Below are positions 48,141-57,408 of a DNA stretch of 64,000 nucleotides, in pieces; within the stretch, counting starts at the first letter, position 1, and each line of letters starts with the position of its first letter. The stretch is from Candidatus Kaiserbacteria bacterium (lineage in GTDB: Bacteria > Patescibacteriota > Minisyncoccia > Phycocordibacterales > Phycocordibacteraceae): the NCBI GenBank assembly GCA_023264445.1, contig JAHFMN010000003.1:18421-82420 (forward strand), read 5' to 3'. Both the position numbers and the translations under genes were made by a program. The notes under the pieces are model-generated. The model was given only the letters and a program-made list of their open reading frames with translations. It searched no databases and was not told the DNA's origin.

Positions 48141-49150
48141 AGAGAATGTGTGAGAAGCGATGCAGTGAGCTCAACCATGCGCGAAGATGAGAACACTTCT
48201 CTGTTCTTTTGTGCAAGTTGAGCACGATTCTTAGCCGCGCCTGGATCATGTTCCGTATTTGTCAGCGCTTCTTCAAGTGCGTCATCATCCTTCGACGGGA
48301 TAAGAATTCCCGTCTTTCCATTCTCGATAAGAAAAGGGTTTCCGCCTACATTCGTAGCGATGACAGGAGTACCGAGCATCATCGCTTCAATGAGCACATG
48401 CGAGAGGCCTTCATAGGTGGAATTGAGCACGAACACATCGGCTGCTTGCATCCAAGCAAGCATTTCGATGCGCGGAAGTCCAGATGCGATGAATACTTGC
48501 CAGTGGGGATGTTTTTCCGCTACGCACTCGATCGCTTCAAACCCTTTCCACGGGACACGCCGGCCAGCAGAAACGATAAGGAATTTCCCTTCCTCTTTTT
48601 CGCGAACAGGAATCTCTTTCGGCAATTCGACGCTGTTGTAAATCGGGACAATCTTTTCCTCCGAGACTCCCCAATGCGAGACGATGCCCTTAAGGTACGG
48701 GCTCGGCACGATGATTTTTACCGCTCCCTTCGCAACACGGGTCTGGATTTTCTGAAGCAACTGCACGAACAGCGATCTCTGCTTAGTACGTACGAATTCA
48801 TCGAGTTCCTGGGTCACGCCAAAGCGCTGTCTGCCCTGCTCCCAAGCATAATCGCCAACTATTTTCACGATGAGCGGTTTCTTGAGCTTCTTAGCCGCGC
48901 AATGCGCTGGATACCCGACCGATACTGGATCGAGCGCAAGAACGGCATCCGCATTGCGGAGCGCTTTAAGCACGCGGCGGTAATAGACATAATGCCGCAG
49001 AAACTTTGGCAAGTGCCGGACCTCCGAGAACTTTACGATGGAAATATCCTTAATTCCGTGAGATGGCAGACCTTTCTCAAGCTCTTTGATATAGGTCGCT
49101 GGCCCGCCTATCTCGGGCGGGTACAGCGGCGTCGCAATAACAAGTCTCAT
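48137..49150 (-). CDS. GT4 glycosyltransferase
   Basis: 337 aa; EGLSHVLIEAMMLGTPVIATN. Confidence 0.8.
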   Translation of the reverse strand: MRLVIATPLYPPEIGGPATYIKELEKGLPSHGIKDISIVKFSEVRHLPKFLRHYVYYRRVLKALRNADAVLALDPVSVGYPAHCAAKKLKKPLIVKIVGDYAWEQGRQRFGVTQELDEFVRTKQRSLFVQLLQKIQTRVAKGAVKIIVPSPYLKGIVSHWGVSEEKIVPIYNSVELPKEIPVREKEEGKFLIVSAGRRVPWKGFEAIECVAEKHPHWQVFIASGLPRIEMLAWMQAADVFVLNSTYEGLSHVLIEAMMLGTPVIATNVGGNPFLIENGKTGILIPSKDDDALEEALTNTEHDPGAAKNRAQLAQKNREVFSSSRMVELTASLLTHSL

Positions 49151-50367
49151 ATACCCAGTGTAGCGAATAATGACTGCATTTGTTTTGTGATAATAGTCCA
49201 GTCATACTTTTCTTGAACCATTTTCTTCGCAGTGATGGTCACTTCCTTTGCCTTCTCCGGATGTGCAACTATGTCCTGCACCGCTTCCGCTATCTGCTTG
49301 GGCGAGTCCTTATCTACTGCCCAGCCAGTCGTTTCCGTATCAGGATTGCGCTTCGCGTCAAAGAGGAAATCTGCGATGCCACCCTCTTGTGTCCCGATGA
49401 CCGGCAATCCGGCCACCATCGCCTCTATGAAAGAGTTTCCCATACCTTCGGAGCGTGATGGCCGGATGAAGATATCGCACGCACTAAATACAAGCGGTAT
49501 ATCGGGATGCTGAAGCTGTCCCTTGAAATGAACGCGGGAAATGAGACCAAGTTCCTTTGCAAGATGTTTCAGCATGGATTCGCTGGGGCCAATGCCATAC
49601 ACGAGGAATTGTATGTTGTCCGGCATCAGCTGGAGTGCACGTATCACGTCATCAATACCGTTCTTGTGCACCAATCTCGATGTCGTGACGAGGAATATGT
49701 CGCCGGGATTCTTGGAAAGCTTTTCTCGCATCGAGCTGATTTCTTTTTCCGTATGGGCATGGGCAAAATGCCGTGCATCGACGCCGTTTGGAATCACTTC
49801 CGCATGCCCTGCAAATCCCATGCGGCGACCCCATGCGAGGAGGAAATGAGAGATACATTGAAGCCCATCTGCTTTCGTGAAGCCGCGTTTGAAAAGCGGC
49901 CATACCGGTAGTGCAAGTCGTTCTATATACCGCGGTGGATCGCCTTCCTGGAGCGTAAGCAGATACGTTACTTCTGGATGGAGCGTCTTAAACATGCCGG
50001 CCGGAATGCCGCACGAATGCGCCATCATCGCCCAGATACCATCGAAATGGTATTCGCGATGGAGCCGCGAAGCGATAAACGGCGTCACGAACTGGAACCA
50101 ATATTTATTCAGGAAAAGCGGGAATTTCTTTAGGTCTTGTATGGTCGGCGATGGTCTCGAGAATCCGATTCGGTGCACTATCACATTCCCTACCTTCTCC
50201 GTTCTTGGCAGCTTCGAGTCGAATCGGAGCGTTATCATGTGAAATTCAAACTCTTCCGGAGAGAGCCGGTCAGTAATTTCTTTTATCGCGACTTCCGCTC
50301 CGCCAACGAAATTCGGATAATACGCGAGTGAGAAGATGAGGATCTTCTTGACCTTTTTATCTAACAT
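49147..50367 (-). CDS. GT4 glycosyltransferase
   Basis: Start at MLDKKVKKILIFSLAYYPNFVGGAEV (50367); C-terminal EGMGNSFIEAMVAGLPVI. Confidence 0.8.
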   Translation of the reverse strand: MLDKKVKKILIFSLAYYPNFVGGAEVAIKEITDRLSPEEFEFHMITLRFDSKLPRTEKVGNVIVHRIGFSRPSPTIQDLKKFPLFLNKYWFQFVTPFIASRLHREYHFDGIWAMMAHSCGIPAGMFKTLHPEVTYLLTLQEGDPPRYIERLALPVWPLFKRGFTKADGLQCISHFLLAWGRRMGFAGHAEVIPNGVDARHFAHAHTEKEISSMREKLSKNPGDIFLVTTSRLVHKNGIDDVIRALQLMPDNIQFLVYGIGPSESMLKHLAKELGLISRVHFKGQLQHPDIPLVFSACDIFIRPSRSEGMGNSFIEAMVAGLPVIGTQEGGIADFLFDAKRNPDTETTGWAVDKDSPKQIAEAVQDIVAHPEKAKEVTITAKKMVQEKYDWTIITKQMQSLFATLGI

Positions 50368-50392
50368 TGTCCCTATGATAACCTCTTCCGTA

Positions 50393-50433
50393 CAAAAAAA
50401 GAAACGCACGGGACTTGGGGTCCAATGCGTTCC
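50393..50433 (-). terminator. Candidate intrinsic terminator after the epimerase-fusion gene
   Basis: On the minus strand: imperfect hairpin (aacgca...tgcgtt around ggac/gtcc) followed by TTTTTTT. Lies between the 50547 stop and the GT4 array start. Confidence 0.4.
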
Positions 50434-50546
50434 TATTACGGGAGAATTTCGTCTCACCATCTTTCCTTCCACCTGCCGATCTCGAAATCTTTCGCGAAAT
50501 AATCTCAGGCACGACGTATGGCTCCAACGATCAGAGCTGCACCTGC

Positions 50547-51992
50547 TTATTTCTTACTCATATTACGCAGGATGGCAGAATACGCGAAGCGGATCTGGTT
50601 GGCGAAGGAGTCACCCGCACCGAGTGATTTACGAGCGCGCATACGCTTCTCGAGTGAGAGAAGTTTCTCACCCTGCTCGGGAGTCGAGGTGTAGACCTGG
50701 TCAGTCTGCGAGAGAATAAGGCGTAGGAAGAGCCGCTCGTACCACGAGAGCGATTGGTCGGCGAGCGTCACCAGAAGCGGGATGAGCTTCCCTTTCCGCA
50801 CGATGAGCGCAGGGAGCGTGCCGTAGCTCGCCATAATAGACCATGAGAAGAGGTACCTATGTTTGTCGGCCAGATTGAGCGCTTTACTGGTTCCGAGAAA
50901 TGGCAGGAGGAACTTATCGAAGCGATTACCGAAGCCAACGCGATACACCGTGCCATTAGGGACGATACAGGGAATACCAAGTGCCTCTTTTGCATGAGCG
51001 GCGGTGATGATATCGAAGTGCACATCGGGCATCTTCTCCATGAGTTCGCAGAGTGCATCCTCGGCAGGACCCGAGATAGGGTGAAAGGTGGTGGTGAAGA
51101 CGAGAATACGCTTCTCGGGTGCGGGCTCAGGTTTAGCATCTTTCACGAACGCTGCGATATCGTCAGCAAGCGAGCGACGTGGTGCCCAGCCCAGCTGACG
51201 CGTCTTTTCGGTATCCACCATTGCCTGCATACGATTCCCTTGCCGTTCAGGAAGCATGACGACATCCCTTCCGAACAGTTTTGCGAGCCCAAGAATAGAG
51301 AAGGTGTCATTGCTTCCGATGCCATAGCCGTCACCGACTCCCTTCTCTCCAACCAAAACGAGACCGTCGACGATATCGTGCACGTGCGTAAAGATGCGCT
51401 CCTGTGTACCAGGAGCGACCACACCGAGCGAAAGCCCACGGCGGTACTGTTCTTTAAAAATAGCGACGACCGTCCCCATCGCACCAGTGCGTTCGTTCGG
51501 TCCATACACATTATAAAAATAGGTGATCGCGTAGTTAATGCCGAACCAATCGCCATAATTTCTCACGAGCTCGGTCATACTTGCCTTGCTCCATGCATAG
51601 GGGCTCTGATCGCGCCCGAGACCACCATCGCTGAACTTAGTGGAGGAGCCGGCGTACACGAGCTTCGCTCCGCGACGACGAGCGAATTCGAGCACCGCAA
51701 AGGTGCCATATTGATTTAAGTCCCACACCTGCTCTACGTCTTCAAAACTCTTCTCGACGCGTGAGTATTCGCCGAGGTGAAAGATGAGGTCGGGTGTCTC
51801 GGGAATGTGCTTTTCGATATCCTTGGTATGACCTTCGCGATAGTCTACGCCCGGGACATGATTCTCTCGGCTTCCAGCAAAGTAGTTGTCGAGCGAGATG
51901 ACTTTGTGACCCTCTTTTATCAGACGCGTGCAGAGATGCGTGCCGATGAAGCCCGCGCCACCGGTGACGAGGATTATTTTTTTATCCGCCAT
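50547..51992 (-). CDS. NAD-dependent epimerase/dehydratase (UDP-glucuronate decarboxylase-like) fused to a ~180 aa C-terminal domain resembling a GT4 N-terminal half
   Basis: ILVTGGAGFIGTHL...YAWSKAS (YxxxK) for ~300 aa, then ILVFTTTFHPISGPAEDAL... The unusual fusion gives 481 aa. Confidence 0.7.
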   Translation of the reverse strand: MADKKIILVTGGAGFIGTHLCTRLIKEGHKVISLDNYFAGSRENHVPGVDYREGHTKDIEKHIPETPDLIFHLGEYSRVEKSFEDVEQVWDLNQYGTFAVLEFARRRGAKLVYAGSSTKFSDGGLGRDQSPYAWSKASMTELVRNYGDWFGINYAITYFYNVYGPNERTGAMGTVVAIFKEQYRRGLSLGVVAPGTQERIFTHVHDIVDGLVLVGEKGVGDGYGIGSNDTFSILGLAKLFGRDVVMLPERQGNRMQAMVDTEKTRQLGWAPRRSLADDIAAFVKDAKPEPAPEKRILVFTTTFHPISGPAEDALCELMEKMPDVHFDIITAAHAKEALGIPCIVPNGTVYRVGFGNRFDKFLLPFLGTSKALNLADKHRYLFSWSIMASYGTLPALIVRKGKLIPLLVTLADQSLSWYERLFLRLILSQTDQVYTSTPEQGEKLLSLEKRMRARKSLGAGDSFANQIRFAYSAILRNMSKK

Positions 51993-52031
51993 AGTATGAG
52001 ACTAGTATAAAAAAGGTTGAAATGCGAACTA

Positions 52032-53417
52032 TCACAGAAGTATGAATGCAGTCCCCGCAAGGGCAACAACGCCGAGGAAACTAAGGGCCCAGGGGGACTT
52101 GAAGATTCCCGTGGCGCGTGAGGTCGACGATGCTGGCAATGCCGCCCCCGCAGCGGCGAGCTCTGTCGCCGCTGCGGGGGCGCGTACTGCTGTAATTTCA
52201 TGCGCCGTGCCGCTTACGCCCTTACTCAAAGCAGGTTCGACTGTCTGCTTCTCATTAAAACTCATTCCGGGGGCAGAAGGTTGCACAGAGGCAGCCACCG
52301 AAATGGCTCCTTCGGGAAAGCGAGCTGCCACTTCTCCGCTTGGGAACAGGAGGGAGGCACTGCTCGCTATCGGCAGCTCAATAACCTGCGATGGGAAAAG
52401 GATAGTCCGGCCAGCAAGAATCTGTGTATCTGCGGGAATCGTGAACTCCTGCCCTCCCTCCGACAATCGCCAGAACGAGAGGTCCAGCGTTCGCGTACCG
52501 CTGTTGGCAAGAGTGATACCGCGAGGCGTGACCGAAGTAATCTTGATGTTCGCATCCTGCACCGTGATTATATTCTCGGCGAGCGCATCACCGCCATCAG
52601 CGGTAGTCGCGTGCACCACAACGACATATTCGCCCGAGCTGTAATACCGATGGAAGACACTTGCGCCCGTTCTGCGCATTCCATCGCCGAACGCATAGGT
52701 AATGATGGCGTCATCTCGTTTATTGCTTTTGCTGTCATATACGGCGGCAGAGAAAGCAACGTCCGCGCCGGAAGACAGTGTACGATTGCCGCCACTCACG
52801 ATACGAAGCGTCGGTATGGGCAGGTATTCCGGCACACCCAGGCTTGAGTGTACGATTGACGCACTTTCGGTCGTACTCGCCGCAACGGAAGAAGTTGTTG
52901 GAGTGCTTCCTGTGTTTGAGTTCGATTGAATCGAGACTCCCGCATTTACCGCGTGCGGTGTTGCAGCAGCTGTCTCCCAGCCGGAAGCCGTACGCTGTGC
53001 AGTCTCCTTGTTCGCATTATCCCCTCCGATGTCTACCCAATTTGCACCGCCTATCACTTGGTCAATAGTGTTCCCGCTTGTGTCCGTAAGCGTCAGTGTC
53101 GCACCGCTATTGGTAAGCGCCCCGGTATATATCTGGTCGGCAGTGACGCTCGGCACTGAAGCGTCTGATGTGCGTTCAAGCAAGAAAAAGCCGGAGGCGG
53201 CGATAGTTCCTGCAAGCGTTATGGAAGGGGAACCGTTGCTAGCGACAAGGTGCCAGCCGGTTATATCCACTGGCGCACTGCCGGTATTCTCGAGCTCCAT
53301 CCATTCTGCGTTCGCGCTGGCTGCTGTTCCCATCCATGCGATTTCGTTTATGGCGACCGCTGCATGCGCGAACACGGGGAAAAGAACGGCGAGCGCAAGG
53401 AAAGAGACAAAACGCAT
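52032..53417 (-). CDS. Secreted, C-terminally membrane-anchored protein with lamin-tail domains (LTD)
   Basis: Signal peptide MRFVSFLALAVLFPVFAHA; LTD signature AINEIAWMG...AEWMELENTG...ITGWHL; second LTD-like block SFWRLSEGGQEF; Ser/Thr-rich linker; C-terminal TM helix. Confidence 0.7.
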   Translation of the reverse strand: MRFVSFLALAVLFPVFAHAAVAINEIAWMGTAASANAEWMELENTGSAPVDITGWHLVASNGSPSITLAGTIAASGFFLLERTSDASVPSVTADQIYTGALTNSGATLTLTDTSGNTIDQVIGGANWVDIGGDNANKETAQRTASGWETAAATPHAVNAGVSIQSNSNTGSTPTTSSVAASTTESASIVHSSLGVPEYLPIPTLRIVSGGNRTLSSGADVAFSAAVYDSKSNKRDDAIITYAFGDGMRRTGASVFHRYYSSGEYVVVVHATTADGGDALAENIITVQDANIKITSVTPRGITLANSGTRTLDLSFWRLSEGGQEFTIPADTQILAGRTILFPSQVIELPIASSASLLFPSGEVAARFPEGAISVAASVQPSAPGMSFNEKQTVEPALSKGVSGTAHEITAVRAPAAATELAAAGAALPASSTSRATGIFKSPWALSFLGVVALAGTAFILL

Positions 53418-53423
53418 ACGGGG

Positions 53424-55190
53424 TCAGGATTCTCCTTTGAGCACGTTGCGGAGCGCATCTTCGGGAACTTCAAACGGTTTCTTTTCTTCCGCTGCTGGCT
53501 TTGGCATTTCCTGCTTTCTGCTTTCCACTTTCTGCTCTTTAGGTGGTGCCTCCTGCTTGTTTTTCTGAAGCACCTCGGCAAGTGCTCCCTTGAGCGACTG
53601 CTGCTGCTGTTCTTGCTTCTTTTCCTTTTCTGCACCAGTCTTCGCGGCCATAGTGCGCAAGATTGACTTCAGGTCTTCAGCGCTCTTTGATGGCGGCGCT
53701 GGACGATTGATTGGAGGGCGGGGTACAAAATCACGACGCTCCTCCCGCTCAGGCGAACGCGGTACAGAAGGGCGGTAGGGCGGAACTTCGGGAGCTCTCT
53801 GCGGAACACTTGGCATCTGGGCTGCAAACGGCTTTGGCGCGGGAGGCAAGGGCGCCGGTTTCCGCTTCATCCGCGCATCGCGTGGCGCTTCGGACGCGGC
53901 GCTTGCGGCAAGCTCGTCGATAATCGATTTCTCGATGCTTGCGCGCGGTGCGGTAAACTGCTTGCGCGAAGAGGCAATGACCTGCTCCCTATAAGAAACA
54001 GGTGGCGCCTCTATGGGCGGGATCGTCACCGCGGAAAATGGAGCTGACCCGACGCCGTCTATCATGAGCGTCAGGTATATCTGCCGGCGGTCGAGACCGA
54101 CCACGTCCTCCTTTGTGAATCGGGGCATGAAAATAGTTTCAAGCACCTCGGCATCGAACGGTCCGACGCGAAAGACGACTGTGGTGCCGACGTTGCCGAA
54201 CACGGCATCGCGCACCTCTTCTTCCATCTGCTCGATGTATTGGTGCGCGATGACAAGGTTCAGTTTATATTTGCGAGCTTCGGAAAGTATTTCTGCGAAC
54301 GTTTCGTTCGCGAAGTTCTGGAACTCGTCAACATAAAAATAGAGATGCGGAAGTCGCGTAAGCTCGGGTGCGGCAAGGTTTGCCCTACTCATCGCCGCGA
54401 GAAAGATGCGCGTTGTAAGCATCGAGCCCAAGAGGCGCATATTGGTCTCGCCGACGAGTCCTTTGGAGAGATTGATGATGAGGATCTTCTTTTCGTCCAT
54501 CATCGTACGGATGTCAAAGGAAGATTTCGGCTGACCGATGATGTTCCGGATGAGCGGATTGCCGGTGAACTGCCCGATTTTGTTCTGGATGGCAGGGGTC
54601 GCTTCTTGGGTATACCGGTCGCCGTAATTTGCGAATTCCTTTGTCCAGAAATCCTTTACGACCGGGTCCTTCACGTTATCCACGACCTTTGTTCGGTACT
54701 CCTTATCGGTATACATGCGATTCACACCAAGTAGAGTTGCATCCGGATACTCGAGGAGGGCAAGGAGCGTATTCGTAAGGATGTATTCCATGCGGGCGCT
54801 CCACGCGTCTTCCCATATCTTCTTGAAGGTCGCCATGAGGCCGCTTACCACGAGGTGGCGTTTGTCATAGCCGACGTCCTCCATCACATTGAAGGCAATA
54901 GGGTGCTCGAGATCGAAGGGAGCGAAGTAGACGACATCTTTTATTCGGTTTTCGGGAATGTATTCGAGGAGTCGCTCAACGGTGCCGCCATGCGGGTCGA
55001 TAAAGGCGAGCCCTTCGCCATTCCTGATATCCTGAATCGCCATATTCTCGAGCAAGGTGGACTTGCCCATACCGGTCTTGCCGATGACATACATGTGGCG
55101 ATCGCGGTCTTTTGACTTGATGCCGAAAGGGACATACTTTCCCCGCGCGTCAGTCGCCGCGAAGTAAGTCACGCGCTCGGGATTCTCCAT
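53424..55190 (-). CDS. P-loop NTPase of the TraD/TraG/VirD4 coupling-protein (AAA_10/DUF87) type with disordered Pro/Lys/Glu-rich C-terminal tail
   Basis: Walker A VIGKTGMGKST, Walker B LYFYVDEFQNF; C-terminal ~170 aa low complexity (PAPLPPAPKP...EKEKKQEQQQQ). Confidence 0.6.
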   Translation of the reverse strand: MENPERVTYFAATDARGKYVPFGIKSKDRDRHMYVIGKTGMGKSTLLENMAIQDIRNGEGLAFIDPHGGTVERLLEYIPENRIKDVVYFAPFDLEHPIAFNVMEDVGYDKRHLVVSGLMATFKKIWEDAWSARMEYILTNTLLALLEYPDATLLGVNRMYTDKEYRTKVVDNVKDPVVKDFWTKEFANYGDRYTQEATPAIQNKIGQFTGNPLIRNIIGQPKSSFDIRTMMDEKKILIINLSKGLVGETNMRLLGSMLTTRIFLAAMSRANLAAPELTRLPHLYFYVDEFQNFANETFAEILSEARKYKLNLVIAHQYIEQMEEEVRDAVFGNVGTTVVFRVGPFDAEVLETIFMPRFTKEDVVGLDRRQIYLTLMIDGVGSAPFSAVTIPPIEAPPVSYREQVIASSRKQFTAPRASIEKSIIDELAASAASEAPRDARMKRKPAPLPPAPKPFAAQMPSVPQRAPEVPPYRPSVPRSPEREERRDFVPRPPINRPAPPSKSAEDLKSILRTMAAKTGAEKEKKQEQQQQSLKGALAEVLQKNKQEAPPKEQKVESRKQEMPKPAAEEKKPFEVPEDALRNVLKGES

Positions 55191-55238
55191 TAGTATTCAG
55201 TATAACAAATCCCGCTTGACGCAGGATTTACATACACA

Positions 55239-55460
55239 TCAGATGGGAGAAATTTCGGAGGGAGGAGTTGGTTCGGATGTGGGAGCTTCCTTGGGCGGCT
55301 GTGCGCTTTTGGCCTCCCGTGCACGAAGCATGAGACCGATGCCGAGAATGGAGGCACCGCATGCAACGGTAAGGAGCGAGCGGAGCGCCATCGGGAGGCC
55401 TGAAAACGGCGTAATGAGCGTCAGAATACCAAGGACGATGAGTGCGCTGGTGCGGGACAT
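55239..55460 (-). CDS. Small membrane protein (2 TM) with Pro-rich tail, hypothetical
   Basis: 73 aa ORF filling the gap between rsmI and the ATPase; hydrophobic helices LIVLGILTLITPF and ILGIGLML. Confidence 0.35.
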   Translation of the reverse strand: MSRTSALIVLGILTLITPFSGLPMALRSLLTVACGASILGIGLMLRAREAKSAQPPKEAPTSEPTPPSEISPI

Positions 55461-55472
55461 GGAAAAAGTATA

Positions 55473-56138
55473 TCAGGGTGTCACGATGACGACAAACTCA
55501 CCCCGTATCGTGTCTGGATGCGAAGCGAAATGGGCAGACACGTCTTGCGGCGTGCCCGAAACAACCTCTTCATGAATCTTCGTAAGCTCGCGGGCGACGG
55601 TAATGCGCGATACGCCTTCCAATTCTTTCAGCAGCTTCTCTATACGGTGCGGTGACTCATAGAGCACCACCGGTATTTCGCTCACAACAATCTTCTTTAA
55701 CGCTGTCTGACGACCCTTCTTGTGGGGCAGGAATCCAAGAAAGGTAAAAGCGGTAGCATCCAGTCCGGCGATAGAAAGCGCAGTCGCGAGCGCAGAAGGA
55801 CCCGGTATCGCTTCAATCTTTGCGTCAGGCAATTCCTTGCGTACATGTGCAACAAGACGCGCACCAGGGTCAGAGATGCCTGGGGTGCCCGCGTCGCTTA
55901 CGAACGCGACACGCTCGCCATTCTCAAGGCGAGCGATGACCTCATCAGCCTTCTTGATTTCCTTCGCCGCATCAAGCCGCTGGAGCGGCTTTGCAATGGA
56001 GTAGCGCGCAAGAAGCTTCGAGATGACGCGTGTGTCTTCGGCATATATCACATCGCATTCTTTCAGCGTCCGCAAAGCACGGAGCGTAATATCCTCCAAA
56101 TTTCCTATCGGCGTCGCGACGATCGAGAGCGTTCCCAT
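55473..56138 (-). CDS. rsmI: 16S rRNA (cytidine1402-2'-O)-methyltransferase
   Basis: MGTLSIVATPIGNLEDITLRA...DAGTPGISDPG, canonical RsmI/tetrapyrrole-methylase fold. Confidence 0.9.
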   Translation of the reverse strand: MGTLSIVATPIGNLEDITLRALRTLKECDVIYAEDTRVISKLLARYSIAKPLQRLDAAKEIKKADEVIARLENGERVAFVSDAGTPGISDPGARLVAHVRKELPDAKIEAIPGPSALATALSIAGLDATAFTFLGFLPHKKGRQTALKKIVVSEIPVVLYESPHRIEKLLKELEGVSRITVARELTKIHEEVVSGTPQDVSAHFASHPDTIRGEFVVIVTP

Positions 56139-56139
56139 A

Positions 56140-57408
56140 TTATGTTGTCACTAACTCATCAGCGACTTTATAGATGTCGCCGGCACCCATCGTTATCACT
56201 GTGTCGCCCTCCCTCGCTTCGCTTAGAGCTTTTAGAATTGCATCAAATGAGAGAGCTTGTGTACTCGTACCGGTCGCGCGAATGCGCTCGGCAAGTATCT
56301 CGCTCGAGATAGAACCATCGTCTGCCTCGCGGGCGGCATAGATGGGGGCAATGTAGACTTGATCAGCATCGCTGAAAGCAGCTGCGAATTCATCAAGCAG
56401 ATCTCGTGTGCGGCTGTAGAGGTGGGGATGGAAGGCAACGATGATGTTTCCTTTTGCTTGTGCGCGAAGCGCCTTGAGCGTTTCTCGCACGGCCGTCGGG
56501 TGGTGTGCATAGTCGTCGTACACGTCTGCCCCATTTTTATTTTTTCCTTTGTATTCAAATCGGCGCCACGTGCCGTGGAAATCAGCGAGAGACTCGGCGA
56601 TGGTCGCATCTGAAATCATTGGGAGCACGGCACGGGCGGCGGAGGCAGCCGCTCGTGCATTATTCTGATTAAACTCTCCCGGCAAACGGAGGTCGTATGC
56701 GGTCTCCTTGGTGTAATCGACCACGCGCGCTTTTGCGCCCGCCAAAAGGGAAGTGATGTTTCTATTATTTTGGTCCGTTACGATTGCTCCGTCTGCGGGC
56801 ACCCGCTCAATCGCTTTCTTAAATGTTTCCTGAAGGGAAGTGAGAGAGGGGAAATAGTCGGTATGGTCCCATTCGAGATTCGTGATAACTAAAACCTTCG
56901 GCGATAATTCGAGCAAATGGTCCTTGTATTCGCACGCTTCTACCACAAGCATGTTTGCATCTCCATGAAGATAGTTCGATTGGAAGTCCTTCACGATCGA
57001 GCCGATAATTGCGGTCTCGTTTGCCCCAGCATCGTGGAGAATCTTGGCGAGCATTCCTGTCGTCGTGGTCTTGCCGTGAGTCCCAGCGACTGCAATCGTA
57101 TACCTATCTGCCGATACCTTTCCGAGCATTGCAAAATACGACATTTGTGGTGTCCCCAGTTCGGCTGCGCGAACGCGTTCAGAGTTATCCACAGGTACCG
57201 CATCGCTGTAGACGACCATCTCTGCGTCGGCTGGAACATTTTCTGCCTTCTGCCCGATAGACACCTGTATTCCCTTCTTTTCAAGCAGATCGGTAGTAGG
57301 GCTTGCTTCCCTATCCGATCCGGTTACGGATGACCCGTGATCAATAAAATATTGCGCGAGCGCGCTCATCCCTATCCCCCCGATGCCGATGAAGTAGATT
57401 TTCTTCAT
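56140..57408 (-). CDS. murC: UDP-N-acetylmuramate--L-alanine ligase
   Basis: IYFIGIGGIGMSALA...AVAGTHGKTTTT...; 422 aa. Confidence 0.9.
   Translation of the reverse strand: MKKIYFIGIGGIGMSALAQYFIDHGSSVTGSDREASPTTDLLEKKGIQVSIGQKAENVPADAEMVVYSDAVPVDNSERVRAAELGTPQMSYFAMLGKVSADRYTIAVAGTHGKTTTTGMLAKILHDAGANETAIIGSIVKDFQSNYLHGDANMLVVEACEYKDHLLELSPKVLVITNLEWDHTDYFPSLTSLQETFKKAIERVPADGAIVTDQNNRNITSLLAGAKARVVDYTKETAYDLRLPGEFNQNNARAAASAARAVLPMISDATIAESLADFHGTWRRFEYKGKNKNGADVYDDYAHHPTAVRETLKALRAQAKGNIIVAFHPHLYSRTRDLLDEFAAAFSDADQVYIAPIYAAREADDGSISSEILAERIRATGTSTQALSFDAILKALSEAREGDTVITMGAGDIYKVADELVTT

Noticed and set aside
55191-55238. Imperfect inverted repeat aaatcccgc-ttgac-gcaggattt and a TATACT element upstream of the ATPase gene
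   Set aside because: Could be an operator or promoter, but it has a single-copy mismatch and no matching -35 element. Too weak to call.
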